Positions 30,539 to 38,820 of a DNA stretch of 64,000 nucleotides are shown piece by piece. This DNA comes from Desulfuromonadales bacterium (GTDB lineage Bacteria; Desulfobacterota; Desulfuromonadia; Desulfuromonadales; JAGXHI01). Below the pieces are notes generated by a model, which ran no database searches, was not told the origin of the DNA, and saw only the letters and a list, made by a program, of their open reading frames with translations. The first letter of the stretch is position 1. Each line of letters begins with the position of its first letter. The position numbers and the translations under genes are program-made. Where the stretch lies: positions 2,573 through 66,572 of the forward strand of contig JAGXHI010000049.1 of NCBI GenBank assembly GCA_024636295.1, in the 5' to 3' direction.

Positions 30539-30874
30539 GAAACTCGCCTGGGAACAACCTCTCTGGCAGCTTCAGTCTTGAATCCAGCCAATTCCCTGGC
30601 GGCTTATCATTCAGTCTACTGTCACAGAGATTTCCGGCAAGGCTGGAGGATTCATTTTTAATTACATTAAATTCGAAGAATGCGAATCGGCAAACCGGTT
30701 TTTCTGATAATTGAAAATAAATTTCATTTTCTTGTTGACATTCGACCCTCCCTCCTATTAGTTTATGAACTCAATTTTCAAATTCATCTCTATTCTGTTC
30801 TCCGCTGGGCCCGCGGGAATCAGGGAGCATGAGTCAATTCCCATTTTTTTCATTTATTGAACAAGGAGTTTCTG

Positions 30875-32083
30875 ATGAGGAGATCATTTGTAATCGTTCT
30901 GTTGCTCAACCTGACGGTATGCGCCCTTTCCCCCCTCGCGGCCACTGGCGCCACGAACGAAGAGCTGGAGCGCCGGCTCAATCTGATTACGGAAGAGCTG
31001 CAGAAGCTGAAAAACGAATCGGCCGTGTCGGAGCCCGAATACAAGTCAACCTATGGACTCGGCCCGGCCGCCTCCAAGGTTTACGGAGCGAATCGAGGCC
31101 TTTCCATCGGCGGCTATGGTGAAGGGATCTATACCCACTACGTATCCGATCAGGGCAGCAAAAAGGACACGGCGGACATGCTGCGGGCCATTCTCTACTT
31201 CGGGTATAAATTCACCGACAAAATTGTTTTCAACAGCGAAATCGAGCTCGAACATGCCGATGAAGTCTTCGTGGAGATGGCTCAGCTCGATTTCCTTCTG
31301 AATGAGAGAATCAATCTGCGCACAGGTCTCCTGCTGCTTCCGGTGGGTCTCACCAACGAACTGCATGAGCCGACCCTGTTCCACGGCGTGCATCGCCCCT
31401 TCGTCGAACGCGAGGTCATCCCCAGCACCTGGCGGGAAATGGGAGTGGGCGTCTTCGGGAAATTAGCCAGGGGCCTGTCCTACAAGTTCTATGTCGTCAA
31501 CGGCCTCGATGCCGAAGGATTCGGGAGCACCGGACTGCGAGGCGGTCGCCAGAAGGGCTCCAAAGCCCTGGCGGAAGATCTGGCAATTACGGGGAGTCTT
31601 GCATGGTCGCCGATGCTTGGCCTGAGCCTTGGGGCGAGCACCTACCTGGGCAACAGCGGCCAGGGGAAATTCGAGGATGCCGACGTCTTCACCTCCATTT
31701 ATGAGATCCACGGCCAGTACAAGTGCCGCGGCCTGGAGCTCAAAGCACTGGCGGCCACAGTGGAGATCGACGACCACCAGGAATTGAGCTCCGCCCTGGC
31801 GACGGATATCCCCGAGAGCATCACCGCCTGGTATGCCGAGGCCGCCTATGATGTGCTGCCGCTGATCGTTCCGGGCACGACCCACTATCTCGCGCCCTTC
31901 GTCCGCTATGAGGATCTGGACTACGACGGATCGGATGAAAGCAAGACACTGGTCGTCGCCGGCCTCAGCTACAAACCCATTCCCAACGTCGTGCTCAAGA
32001 CTTCCTACCGCAATTTCGACATGGAAGAAGCAGGAAAAACTAAGGCGGACGAACTGAATTTCAGCTTCGGATACATTTTTTAA
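30875..32083 (+). CDS. outer-membrane beta-barrel (porin-like) protein, function unknown
   Basis: The ATG at 30875 follows an AAGGAG RBS. The signal peptide is MRRSFVIVLLLNLTVCALSPLAA, followed by a coiled N-segment and then alternating beta-strand-like sequence ending ...NFSFGYIF (aromatic C-terminus). Confidence 0.6.
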   Translation: MRRSFVIVLLLNLTVCALSPLAATGATNEELERRLNLITEELQKLKNESAVSEPEYKSTYGLGPAASKVYGANRGLSIGGYGEGIYTHYVSDQGSKKDTADMLRAILYFGYKFTDKIVFNSEIELEHADEVFVEMAQLDFLLNERINLRTGLLLLPVGLTNELHEPTLFHGVHRPFVEREVIPSTWREMGVGVFGKLARGLSYKFYVVNGLDAEGFGSTGLRGGRQKGSKALAEDLAITGSLAWSPMLGLSLGASTYLGNSGQGKFEDADVFTSIYEIHGQYKCRGLELKALAATVEIDDHQELSSALATDIPESITAWYAEAAYDVLPLIVPGTTHYLAPFVRYEDLDYDGSDESKTLVVAGLSYKPIPNVVLKTSYRNFDMEEAGKTKADELNFSFGYIF

Positions 32084-32136
32084 TTCTTTTCCGGTGCGGC
32101 CGGAATTCCCGGCCGCACCGATTCAAGGGAAAAACC

Positions 32137-32667
32137 ATGAGGATGATCCTGTTTGCACTTCTGGTTGCTCTGGGAATGCCCGTCCTCGCTTTCGGCGGGG
32201 CCTACATGAGCAAAAAGGAGGCTCTTGAACTCGCCTTTCCGGAAGCCGAGCGGGTGGAGACGTTGAATCTGTACCTCGACGAGACACGGATACGAAAAGT
32301 GTCCCGCCTGTCGGGAATTCCGGCGGTCGGGGCCATTCATACCTTCTACGTGGGGAAAAAGGGGGATCTGGTCACCGGCTATGCCGCCATCGAGGCGGCT
32401 GTCGTGAGGACCTTGCCGGAAACCCTGATGATCGTTCTGGACCCGGACGGGCACGTGAGAAGAGTGGAGGTGCTCGCCTTTTACGAACCCGAAGAGTACA
32501 AACCTCCTGTCCGCTGGCTGGCGCAGTTTGAGGGGCGCATTCTGGATTCCGAACTGCGGGTCGGCGGCGCCATCCACGGAATCACCGGCGCAACGCTATC
32601 GGCGCAGGCGGTGACCCGACAGGTGCGCAAGACAGTCGCCCTGCTCCGGGTGCTGCGGGAGGAATAA
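32137..32667 (+). CDS. periplasmic FMN-binding domain protein
   Basis: 176 aa with a signal peptide. The C-terminal ..GGAIHGITGATLSAQAV.. matches the FMN_bind (NqrC/RnfG-type) flavinylation motif [S/T]GA[T/S]. Confidence 0.75.
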   Translation: MRMILFALLVALGMPVLAFGGAYMSKKEALELAFPEAERVETLNLYLDETRIRKVSRLSGIPAVGAIHTFYVGKKGDLVTGYAAIEAAVVRTLPETLMIVLDPDGHVRRVEVLAFYEPEEYKPPVRWLAQFEGRILDSELRVGGAIHGITGATLSAQAVTRQVRKTVALLRVLREE

Positions 32668-33153
32668 ATGCGGATTATGATGAACGGACCCGGCCGGGGG
32701 GCTCTTCCCCGAGGGATGCTCTGTTTTTTTTATTTCTACTTTTTTCTTCACTGGGGAACAGGGCTGTTCATGTTCCGCCATAAACTCGGGTTCACCTATG
32801 AGTCGGTTGTGCGCTATTACCGAGGGGACCCCGAGCTCTTCATGAACCCCCGATCGTTTGCAGGCCTGCTGGAGGTGACTCACTTTCACCTTTTTGCCAT
32901 GGGGCTGTTTTTCGTCGTCTTCTCCCACCTGCTTCTGTTCACTTCACTGCGTCCCCGCCTGCAGGGCGCCCTGGTTGGCCTTCTCGCCGCCGGGATGTCG
33001 GGAGATATGGCGGCCGGCTGGCTGGTTTGTTTTCTCGCACCGGAGTTCGCGTGGGTCAAGCTCGGCTCTTTCTGGTTGCTGCAGGGGACTTCTCTGTTTC
33101 TTCTTCTTTCCCTTCTCACCTCCCTCGTGAAGCGTCCATTCGTCTTGCCGTGA
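32668..33153 (+). CDS. small integral membrane protein (about 4 TM, His-rich), function unknown
   Basis: 161 aa, starting 1 nt after the stop of the FMN-binding gene. Its hydrophobic segments contain HWGTG and THFHLF...FSHLLLF histidines. Confidence 0.55.
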   Translation: MRIMMNGPGRGALPRGMLCFFYFYFFLHWGTGLFMFRHKLGFTYESVVRYYRGDPELFMNPRSFAGLLEVTHFHLFAMGLFFVVFSHLLLFTSLRPRLQGALVGLLAAGMSGDMAAGWLVCFLAPEFAWVKLGSFWLLQGTSLFLLLSLLTSLVKRPFVLP

Positions 33154-33287
33154 TGATTTGTATGGCTCGAACACCAATCGAGCCACTTTCTCACCCGCAT
33201 AACTATTTGCTGTCGATTTTGAGCAGGGGCGGCTCGGAACGGACCTGAGAATCTTTCCCGCCGGCCTCGGCAGCTCGGAGCAGAAGG

Positions 33288-34112
33288 TCAGAAGAGGTAG
33301 AAAACGGTCAGGCCCGCGAGGAAATCGGCCGTCCCACTGGAGAGTCCCCTGCCCAGATAACCCTCAACGGCGATGGAATCCGTGGCCCAGTATTTCCCCT
33401 TGAGCCGCGCCTCCACCAGGTCGGAGGAGTCGTCCGCCGGAGGAGAGGACCACCAGAGCGAGACCGAGGGCAGAAATCTTTCCGTCAGCCGGTATCCGGC
33501 TTCCCCCTCCAGAGTGCCGTAATCCTTCAATCCCAGCTCGGAGTTGGACCCCTGAAAGATGTAACGACCCTCGGCGAAAGTGTACCAGCGGTCGAACCAT
33601 TTGACTGCTCCGAGTCCCGCTCCGATATCGAATTCCCCGGTGCCCAGACCTTCCTCTTCGTCGGCTGTAGGAAATTTCAGGTAAAGCAGAGGGCGTATAA
33701 CTGGAAAAGTCTCGCTCTCCTGCCGCAGAATGTAGCCGGCGGTCAAGGTGATGTCGCCCAGGCCGCCCTGCGAATCGCTTACATCGAAGGCGGTTTGCCG
33801 CATGCCCCTGCGGCCATCGACCGGAAAGCGCATCCCCCCGGAAAGGATGGTGTTGCTGCTGCTCTGGTAAAGATAAGGAATGGTAAGTTCAAAATCAAGC
33901 CGGTCGGTGGGAAAGTAATTTATGCTCAGCGGCACACGGACAGAATCCGTGGTGAAATCCGTGCCATAATCGCCTGTAGCGAAGTCAATCCCCAATCCAA
34001 GAGCGTATTTCCTCGCCTCGGCGGCCAGGGAAGGGTTCCCGGCAGAAAAAACTGCCAGGATCAGGACAACCCCTTGAAGGAAAATTTTCCTGAAGTGATC
34101 TCTCATTCTCAT
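33288..34112 (-). CDS. outer-membrane beta-barrel protein (resembles the 'MetA-pathway/transporter' barrel family)
   Basis: It has a signal peptide (..VVLILAVFSAGNPSLAAEA), then LGLGIDFATGDYGTDFTTDSVRVPLSINYF... and ends ..LAGLTVFYLF. The start is taken at ATG 34112 or 34106, after an AGGAGG RBS. The ORF-track start 34274 is an extension. Confidence 0.6.
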   Translation of the reverse strand: MRMRDHFRKIFLQGVVLILAVFSAGNPSLAAEARKYALGLGIDFATGDYGTDFTTDSVRVPLSINYFPTDRLDFELTIPYLYQSSSNTILSGGMRFPVDGRRGMRQTAFDVSDSQGGLGDITLTAGYILRQESETFPVIRPLLYLKFPTADEEEGLGTGEFDIGAGLGAVKWFDRWYTFAEGRYIFQGSNSELGLKDYGTLEGEAGYRLTERFLPSVSLWWSSPPADDSSDLVEARLKGKYWATDSIAVEGYLGRGLSSGTADFLAGLTVFYLF

Positions 34113-34188
34113 AAACCTCCTTTGACTCATAAAAGGGAAGGACAGCCCCGGCTGCAGGGACTGCCCCCCAATATTACTCCTTTGAAAA

Positions 34189-34668
34189 TTATTTTCCAGC
34201 CGGGGTTGCCGGAATGGCCGAGGTCGCCCTGCCTCCGGCGCCGTCGGGCTGTGCCGGAGTTGCGGGAACGGCACGATGAAGTTGCCCCTGTTCGCTGACG
34301 GCGCCGCCCTGCTGCCCGTAAGCGCCCATGTTGTCGCCCTGGCGGCTGGCCCGGGCCTTGACGGTGCCCTCCGCCGAACCGCCTGATTCTCCCTGGTTGC
34401 GGTTATTGTACCGGGTTCGGGTCTGATCGCGGTGCTGCAAATCCCTTCCGTTTCGTCCCTGCCCGTATCGTGCTCCCGACAGCTCGTTCAGGCCATGGCG
34501 GGAAGAGCCGAAGGATCCCCGGGCGCCGGAATCCAAACCCATGGAACCCCCAAAAGCGGCCCTGCCGCCAGAGCTTCCCCCCATGCCGCCGCGGGCGAAG
34601 GATGTTTCCGCCATTCCCAAACTCAGGGAGGCTGCGAGAAGGATGACCGGTAAAAGTTTGATTTTCAT
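34189..34668 (-). CDS. secreted Gly/Ser/Arg-rich low-complexity protein
   Basis: 159 aa. It has a good RBS (AAGGAG) and the signal peptide MKIKLLPVILLAASLSLGMAETSFA, followed by RGGMGGSSGGRAAFGGSMG... It sits downstream of a candidate ECF promoter. Confidence 0.55.
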   Translation of the reverse strand: MKIKLLPVILLAASLSLGMAETSFARGGMGGSSGGRAAFGGSMGLDSGARGSFGSSRHGLNELSGARYGQGRNGRDLQHRDQTRTRYNNRNQGESGGSAEGTVKARASRQGDNMGAYGQQGGAVSEQGQLHRAVPATPAQPDGAGGRATSAIPATPAGK

Positions 34669-34733
34669 GATTCGATTTCTCCTTTTTCAATTTAATGGGT
34701 GATGTCCGATCGGCGAGGCCTTGCCTTTCCTTC

Positions 34734-34762
34734 TTAGACGCGGCGGCTGTTGAAAAGTTTAC
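34734..34762 (-). promoter_or_regulatory. candidate ECF-type promoter (GTAAAC-N16-CGTCTAA) facing the Gly-rich protein / OM barrel genes
   Basis: The minus strand reads GTAAAC TTTTCAACAGCCGCCG CGTCTAA. This is identical in both elements and in spacing to the motif at 34807-34835 on the other strand. Confidence 0.4.
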
Positions 34763-34806
34763 GAACAACTTTCATCCGATCCAGGCAAACCATCATCCCA
34801 TTGCAG

Positions 34807-34835
34807 GTAAACCTTTGACTGTTCGCTTCGTCTAA
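34807..34835 (+). promoter_or_regulatory. candidate autoregulated ECF-type promoter (GTAAAC-N16-CGTCTAA) upstream of the ECF sigma operon
   Basis: The plus strand reads GTAAAC CTTTGACTGTTCGCTT CGTCTAA, about 100 nt upstream of the sigma factor ATG. The AAC/CGT core with a 16-nt spacer is the general ECF promoter architecture. Confidence 0.4.
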
Positions 34836-34936
34836 AGAGAAAAGTAACTGGATCCTGCTGGCCCGCCGCCCGTCGCGGGGCAGAGAGAACTGGTCGCCCA
34901 TTGACACTGACACCAAGGTGCGGATACGCTCCTGGA

Positions 34937-35518
34937 ATGAATAGCCGTACAGAGAAAACGCTCCTGGACCGGATCAGGGGAGGGGACGACTCGGGATTCG
35001 AATACCTGGTTGCCGCCCATTCTTCCCGCACTCTCGCCCTGGCCTGGCGCCTGGTGGGAAACCGGGAAGATGCCGAGGATATCGCACAGGACGCCTTTTT
35101 GCGTCTCCACCGCAGCCTGGGCGGTTTTCGAGGCGACAGCTCCATTGCGACCTGGCTGCACAGAACGGTGACCCATCTGGCAATCGATCATCTTCGGCGG
35201 CGCAAACTCAGGGACAAGATTTTTTTCTTCCGTCGAAGCAACGAAGAGGTCGATCCGATGGAATTCGTTCCGGACTCCGGCGCCTCTCCGGGTGAGCATC
35301 TTTTTGCCGGTGAAATTCGCCAGCGCCTGGATCGTGCCATGCTTCGGCTCTCTGCACGTCAAAGGGTGGTATTCACCTTGCGCCACTACGAGGAAATGCC
35401 TTTGCGGGAGATCGCCGCATTGCTGGAACTGGAGGAGGGAACGGTCAAGAGCCACCTGCACCGGGCCGTCCGCATTCTGCGCCAGGAGCTGCAGGACCTG
35501 AAAGGGGAGTCATCATGA
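34937..35518 (+). CDS. ECF (RpoE-like) sigma-70 family sigma factor
   Basis: Region 2 is EDIAQDAFLRLHRSLGGFRGDSSIATWLHRTVTHLAIDHLRRR and region 4 is PLREIAALLELEEGTVKSHLHRAV. The ATG at 34937 is preferred over the TTG at 34901. Confidence 0.9.
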   Translation: MNSRTEKTLLDRIRGGDDSGFEYLVAAHSSRTLALAWRLVGNREDAEDIAQDAFLRLHRSLGGFRGDSSIATWLHRTVTHLAIDHLRRRKLRDKIFFFRRSNEEVDPMEFVPDSGASPGEHLFAGEIRQRLDRAMLRLSARQRVVFTLRHYEEMPLREIAALLELEEGTVKSHLHRAVRILRQELQDLKGESS

Positions 35519-35991
35519 GCCAGTCGCCCAGGATATCCTCATGCCGTCCCGAAAACTTGACTCTGTTTCATTATGGTGAGCTGGATTCAGCCGGACGACT
35601 CCAGGTGGAAGAGCACCTTCAGGGGTGTGCCGCCTGCCGCAAAGAACTGGCGGAGCTGCGCTCCGATTTGGGGATGCTCCCGAAAAAAGACCTCGATTTT
35701 TCCCCCCGGCAGATCAGGGAATTCAATCAAAGAGTGAGCCGTCTTCGCCCGTTGCACCGGTGGCCTCTCAGGCCAGCCGTGGGATGGTCCCTTGCCGCCG
35801 CCACGGCGGTGCTGCTGGTGATGACCCTGAAGTCGCCGGTTCCGGAATGGCTGCCGGTGGATCAAGGGACCTCTCCGCAAATCAGCGAAAGCCCGAAAAG
35901 CCTGCCCGATCCGGAACTGCTGTTGAACATGGAACTGATCGAGAATCTGGATCTGCTCCAGGAGCTGGAAGGGATGGGAACCAGGGGATGA
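35515..35991 (+). CDS. anti-sigma factor (zf-HC2 type, single TM)
   Basis: It overlaps the sigma gene by 4 nt. It carries the H-x3-C-x2-C motif (EEHLQGCAACRKEL) and one TM segment (GWSLAAATAVLLVMTL). Confidence 0.75.
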   Translation: MSQSPRISSCRPENLTLFHYGELDSAGRLQVEEHLQGCAACRKELAELRSDLGMLPKKDLDFSPRQIREFNQRVSRLRPLHRWPLRPAVGWSLAAATAVLLVMTLKSPVPEWLPVDQGTSPQISESPKSLPDPELLLNMELIENLDLLQELEGMGTRG

Positions 35992-36227
35992 AACGAACAT
36001 TTCTTGTTTTTTTCCTCGCAGGATCTCAGCTTCTCTGGTCGGCCGCCGATCTCAATGCAGAAGGGAAAAAAGACAAGAGCAAGTCTTCGGATGACGTTGA
36101 GATCAGCAGTAAAGACCGCCAGGTGATCCGTATGATGGAGCTGTTGCAGATGATGGAGGTGCTGAAGGATATGGATCTCCTTCAGGGGGAAGAAGAAAAG
36201 GGCCGCACGGAGGACAAGAAAAAATGA
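35988..36227 (+). CDS. small secreted charged protein (79 aa)
   Basis: There are ATGA overlaps at both ends, consistent with translational coupling. The signal peptide is MKRTFLVFFLAGSQLLWSAADLNA. It is not listed separately in the ORF track because it is embedded in the 35625-36227 frame. Confidence 0.55.
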   Translation: MKRTFLVFFLAGSQLLWSAADLNAEGKKDKSKSSDDVEISSKDRQVIRMMELLQMMEVLKDMDLLQGEEEKGRTEDKKK

Positions 36228-36775
36228 AAATCATTCGTTGTGTCTGCATCCTGTTGCTGCTTCTCTCTCCGGTGGGCGCGTTCGCTTTCCAGGGGGATGA
36301 AGCGACGTCCGCGCCGGGCCCGGCGGCGGAATCTCAGGTCGACCGCCAGGACCTGCAGCGCTGGCAGCGGCTTTCACCCGAGGAGCAGGATCGTCTTCGG
36401 GAGCGTTATCGGCAATACCAGGAATTGTCCCCTGAGCAGCAGCAACAGCTGAGGCAAAACCTTCAGCGCTTCCGGGAGATGGAACCGAATCAGCAGGTGC
36501 GCCTGCTGGAGCGTTTTCAGCGTTGGCAGCAGCTGTCTCCCGAACGCCAGGAGAATCTTCGCCGAAAGTTTCGACAGTTCAACCAGCTCGATCCGGAACA
36601 GCAGCGCCGGCTGCGGCAGGAATTGCAGTCGATCCAGGATTTGCCGGCGGCGGAACAGAGCCGAAGGCGGCAGGAAATTAACCGTGATTTCTTCGGCACC
36701 CGCGGGGGAATGGGCGGAGGGGGAGGGATGGGTGGAAGGAGCGGCGGAATGGGTGGCCGAGGGATGTCGCGTTAA
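36224..36775 (+). CDS. secreted repeat protein (DUF3106-like LSPEQQ repeats) with Gly/Met-rich tail
   Basis: 183 aa with a signal peptide and about six 17-18-aa repeats of the type (W/F)Q.LSPE.Q..LR. The C-terminus is GGMGGGGGMGGRSGGMGGRGMSR. Confidence 0.65.
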   Translation: MKIIRCVCILLLLLSPVGAFAFQGDEATSAPGPAAESQVDRQDLQRWQRLSPEEQDRLRERYRQYQELSPEQQQQLRQNLQRFREMEPNQQVRLLERFQRWQQLSPERQENLRRKFRQFNQLDPEQQRRLRQELQSIQDLPAAEQSRRRQEINRDFFGTRGGMGGGGGMGGRSGGMGGRGMSR

Positions 36776-36864
36776 TCTTGCCGTTTCATGCCAGGCCGTC
36801 CTCTCCCTTTCCCGCACTACACCCGCTTGATTTCACCCGGTGCAGATCCTGATCCGCAAGGACA

Positions 36865-37317
36865 TCATTCAAAAACAACGGGTATAATCACGGAGTCATC
36901 CAGCTCTCGAAGTCCGGAGGGATTATCCTTCTGCAGAACCAGTTCTCCCTCTGCGCCCGCGGGCGGGGTGAACTCGAGCCTTCCGGAGAAGGGGACGAAA
37001 TCCGTGGTCATCCACTCGCCCTGGGCGCTGGCGAACCCCCGGGAAAGGATATTTCCCCTTGCGTCCTTCAGAATGAGGGGGAAATCTCCCTCGAAGTACC
37101 AGGGCCCCCTGGCCTCGCCCCGAACCAATAGGGGAGGGCGGACCACGGCGCCCGGCTGAGGAGACTGCACCCTGATCAGCTCTTTTTCCGGAGCCTTTTT
37201 TATCTCCCCCTGAGAAGTTGTTGTTCGTTCCGGGGGCCCGGACACGCCCGCGGCGCAGCCACTCAGGAAAAAAGAAGACAGAACGGAGACGACCAAAATC
37301 AGGCGTGACGATTTCAT
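36865..37317 (-). CDS. lipoprotein with Gmad2-like immunoglobulin-like domain
   Basis: 150 aa with a lipobox FLSGC. ..VRGEARGPWYFEGDFPLILKDARGNIL..GEWMTTDFVPF.. resembles the Gmad2 domain. Confidence 0.6.
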   Translation of the reverse strand: MKSSRLILVVSVLSSFFLSGCAAGVSGPPERTTTSQGEIKKAPEKELIRVQSPQPGAVVRPPLLVRGEARGPWYFEGDFPLILKDARGNILSRGFASAQGEWMTTDFVPFSGRLEFTPPAGAEGELVLQKDNPSGLRELDDSVIIPVVFE

Positions 37318-38606
37318 GAAATCTCCGTTTTTTCCATACTTCCATCCGATGACTTTTCATTAAGCACCGCCCCGGCGGCGCTCACCCCCGCCAGATAGCC
37401 GGTCGACCAGCAGACCTGCAGGTTGAATCCGCCGGTCGGTCCGTCAAGGTCAAGCACTTCTCCGGCGAAGTAGAGATTGTCTATTCTCTTTGAGCGCAGA
37501 GAGCGCATATCGACCTCTTTGAGATCGATGCCGCCACGGGTGACGATCGCCTTGTCGAACCCCTCACAGCCGATTACCCGCAACGGAAGCGCTTTGAACA
37601 GCTCGAGCAACTTCAGGCGCTCTTCGCGGGTCACCGAGTGACATTTCTTGTCGGGATCGATGCCGGAGAGACGGATAAAAAGAGGGATCATCGCTTTTGG
37701 CAAAAGATTGCCGAGAGAATTGCGGAAATCATAGTTGGCGTGATCGGCCATTTCCCGCTGCAGGCGTTTGTCGAACAGCTGCATTTCAACTGCTGGCTTG
37801 AGATCGAGTTCCAGGGTCACCTTCCCCAGGCTGAGCGCATCGCGCACAGTATTGCTCAGATCGAGGACAATCGGCCCACCAATACCGTCGCGGGTGAAGA
37901 ATGTCTCGCCGAAGCGGCTCTCGAGCACACACCCTCCCTGCAGCACTTTGAGTTCGACGTTCCTGAGATTGAGATCGCATACCTCACCGGTCCAGTTCTC
38001 CGCCAGAGTGATGGCGGTAAGCGCAGGCTGCGGCTCGATCACCGTATTCCCGAGCTCCCGCGCCCAGCGATACCCATCGCCGGTCGAACCCGTTTTGGGA
38101 TAAGAGAGCCCGCCGGTCGCCACCAGCACCGCTCTGCCTTGAAATTCTCCATCGCTGGTTCGCACCCCTGCAATGGAACCCCCGTCACGGACCAGCTCGC
38201 GCACCTTGCTGCTGCAGCGCACTTCAACGCCGGAGTCGGCCAGAAACCGATCCAGCACCCGCTGCACGTCTCTCGCACCGCCGCGGGCCGGGAATACCCG
38301 TCCACCCCGCTCCACCACCAGCGGCAACTCGCGCTGTTCAAAAAAATCCATCACCTCCTGCACACCGAAAGCGTACAGTGAAGTCAGAAGGGCTTTCCCA
38401 TTGGCTCCGAAATGGCCAGCAAACTTGCGCACGTCGGGCTCGCTGTTCGTGATATTGCAGCGCCCCTTGCCAGTGATCAGCAGTTTGGCCCCGCAGCGAG
38501 GCTTCTTCTCCAGAAGGAGCACCCGAATGCCCCGTTGTGCAGCATGACCGGCTGCAAAGATGCCAGCCGGTCCGCCGCCGATCACAATCAGATCATATTT
38601 GCCCAT
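37314..38606 (-). CDS. NAD(P)/FAD-dependent oxidoreductase, HI0933/YhiN (BaiN-like) family
   Basis: MGKYDLIVIGGGPAGIFAAGHAAQRG...ITGKGRCNITN is the canonical family N-terminus. 430 aa. Confidence 0.9.
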   Translation of the reverse strand: MGKYDLIVIGGGPAGIFAAGHAAQRGIRVLLLEKKPRCGAKLLITGKGRCNITNSEPDVRKFAGHFGANGKALLTSLYAFGVQEVMDFFEQRELPLVVERGGRVFPARGGARDVQRVLDRFLADSGVEVRCSSKVRELVRDGGSIAGVRTSDGEFQGRAVLVATGGLSYPKTGSTGDGYRWARELGNTVIEPQPALTAITLAENWTGEVCDLNLRNVELKVLQGGCVLESRFGETFFTRDGIGGPIVLDLSNTVRDALSLGKVTLELDLKPAVEMQLFDKRLQREMADHANYDFRNSLGNLLPKAMIPLFIRLSGIDPDKKCHSVTREERLKLLELFKALPLRVIGCEGFDKAIVTRGGIDLKEVDMRSLRSKRIDNLYFAGEVLDLDGPTGGFNLQVCWSTGYLAGVSAAGAVLNEKSSDGSMEKTEIS

Positions 38607-38820
38607 GTGATACCTTCTCGTAGAAATGAGCTATTATCGCCCCCTGAGGCAGAAAAGTCCATGACAGTTCCCTTCAAGAACGCTCGGAATGCAGGACCGG
38701 TTTCTGTTTCCTTCCTTGGAAATTGCGATCGAAGCATGGACGAATTCCGGGGTCCCAAACGAGAAAGAGCCCCCGTCTAACGACGAGGGCTCTTTCTGCA
38801 AATATATGCGAGAAGAAAAA

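Noticed and set aside
30706-30728. The Fur-box-like AT-rich sequence GATAATTGAAAATAAATTTCATT upstream of the OM barrel / FMN-binding operon.
   Set aside because: Only about 10 of 19 positions match the GATAATGATAATCATTATC consensus, and there is no clear dyad. That is not distinguishable from generic AT-rich promoter DNA.
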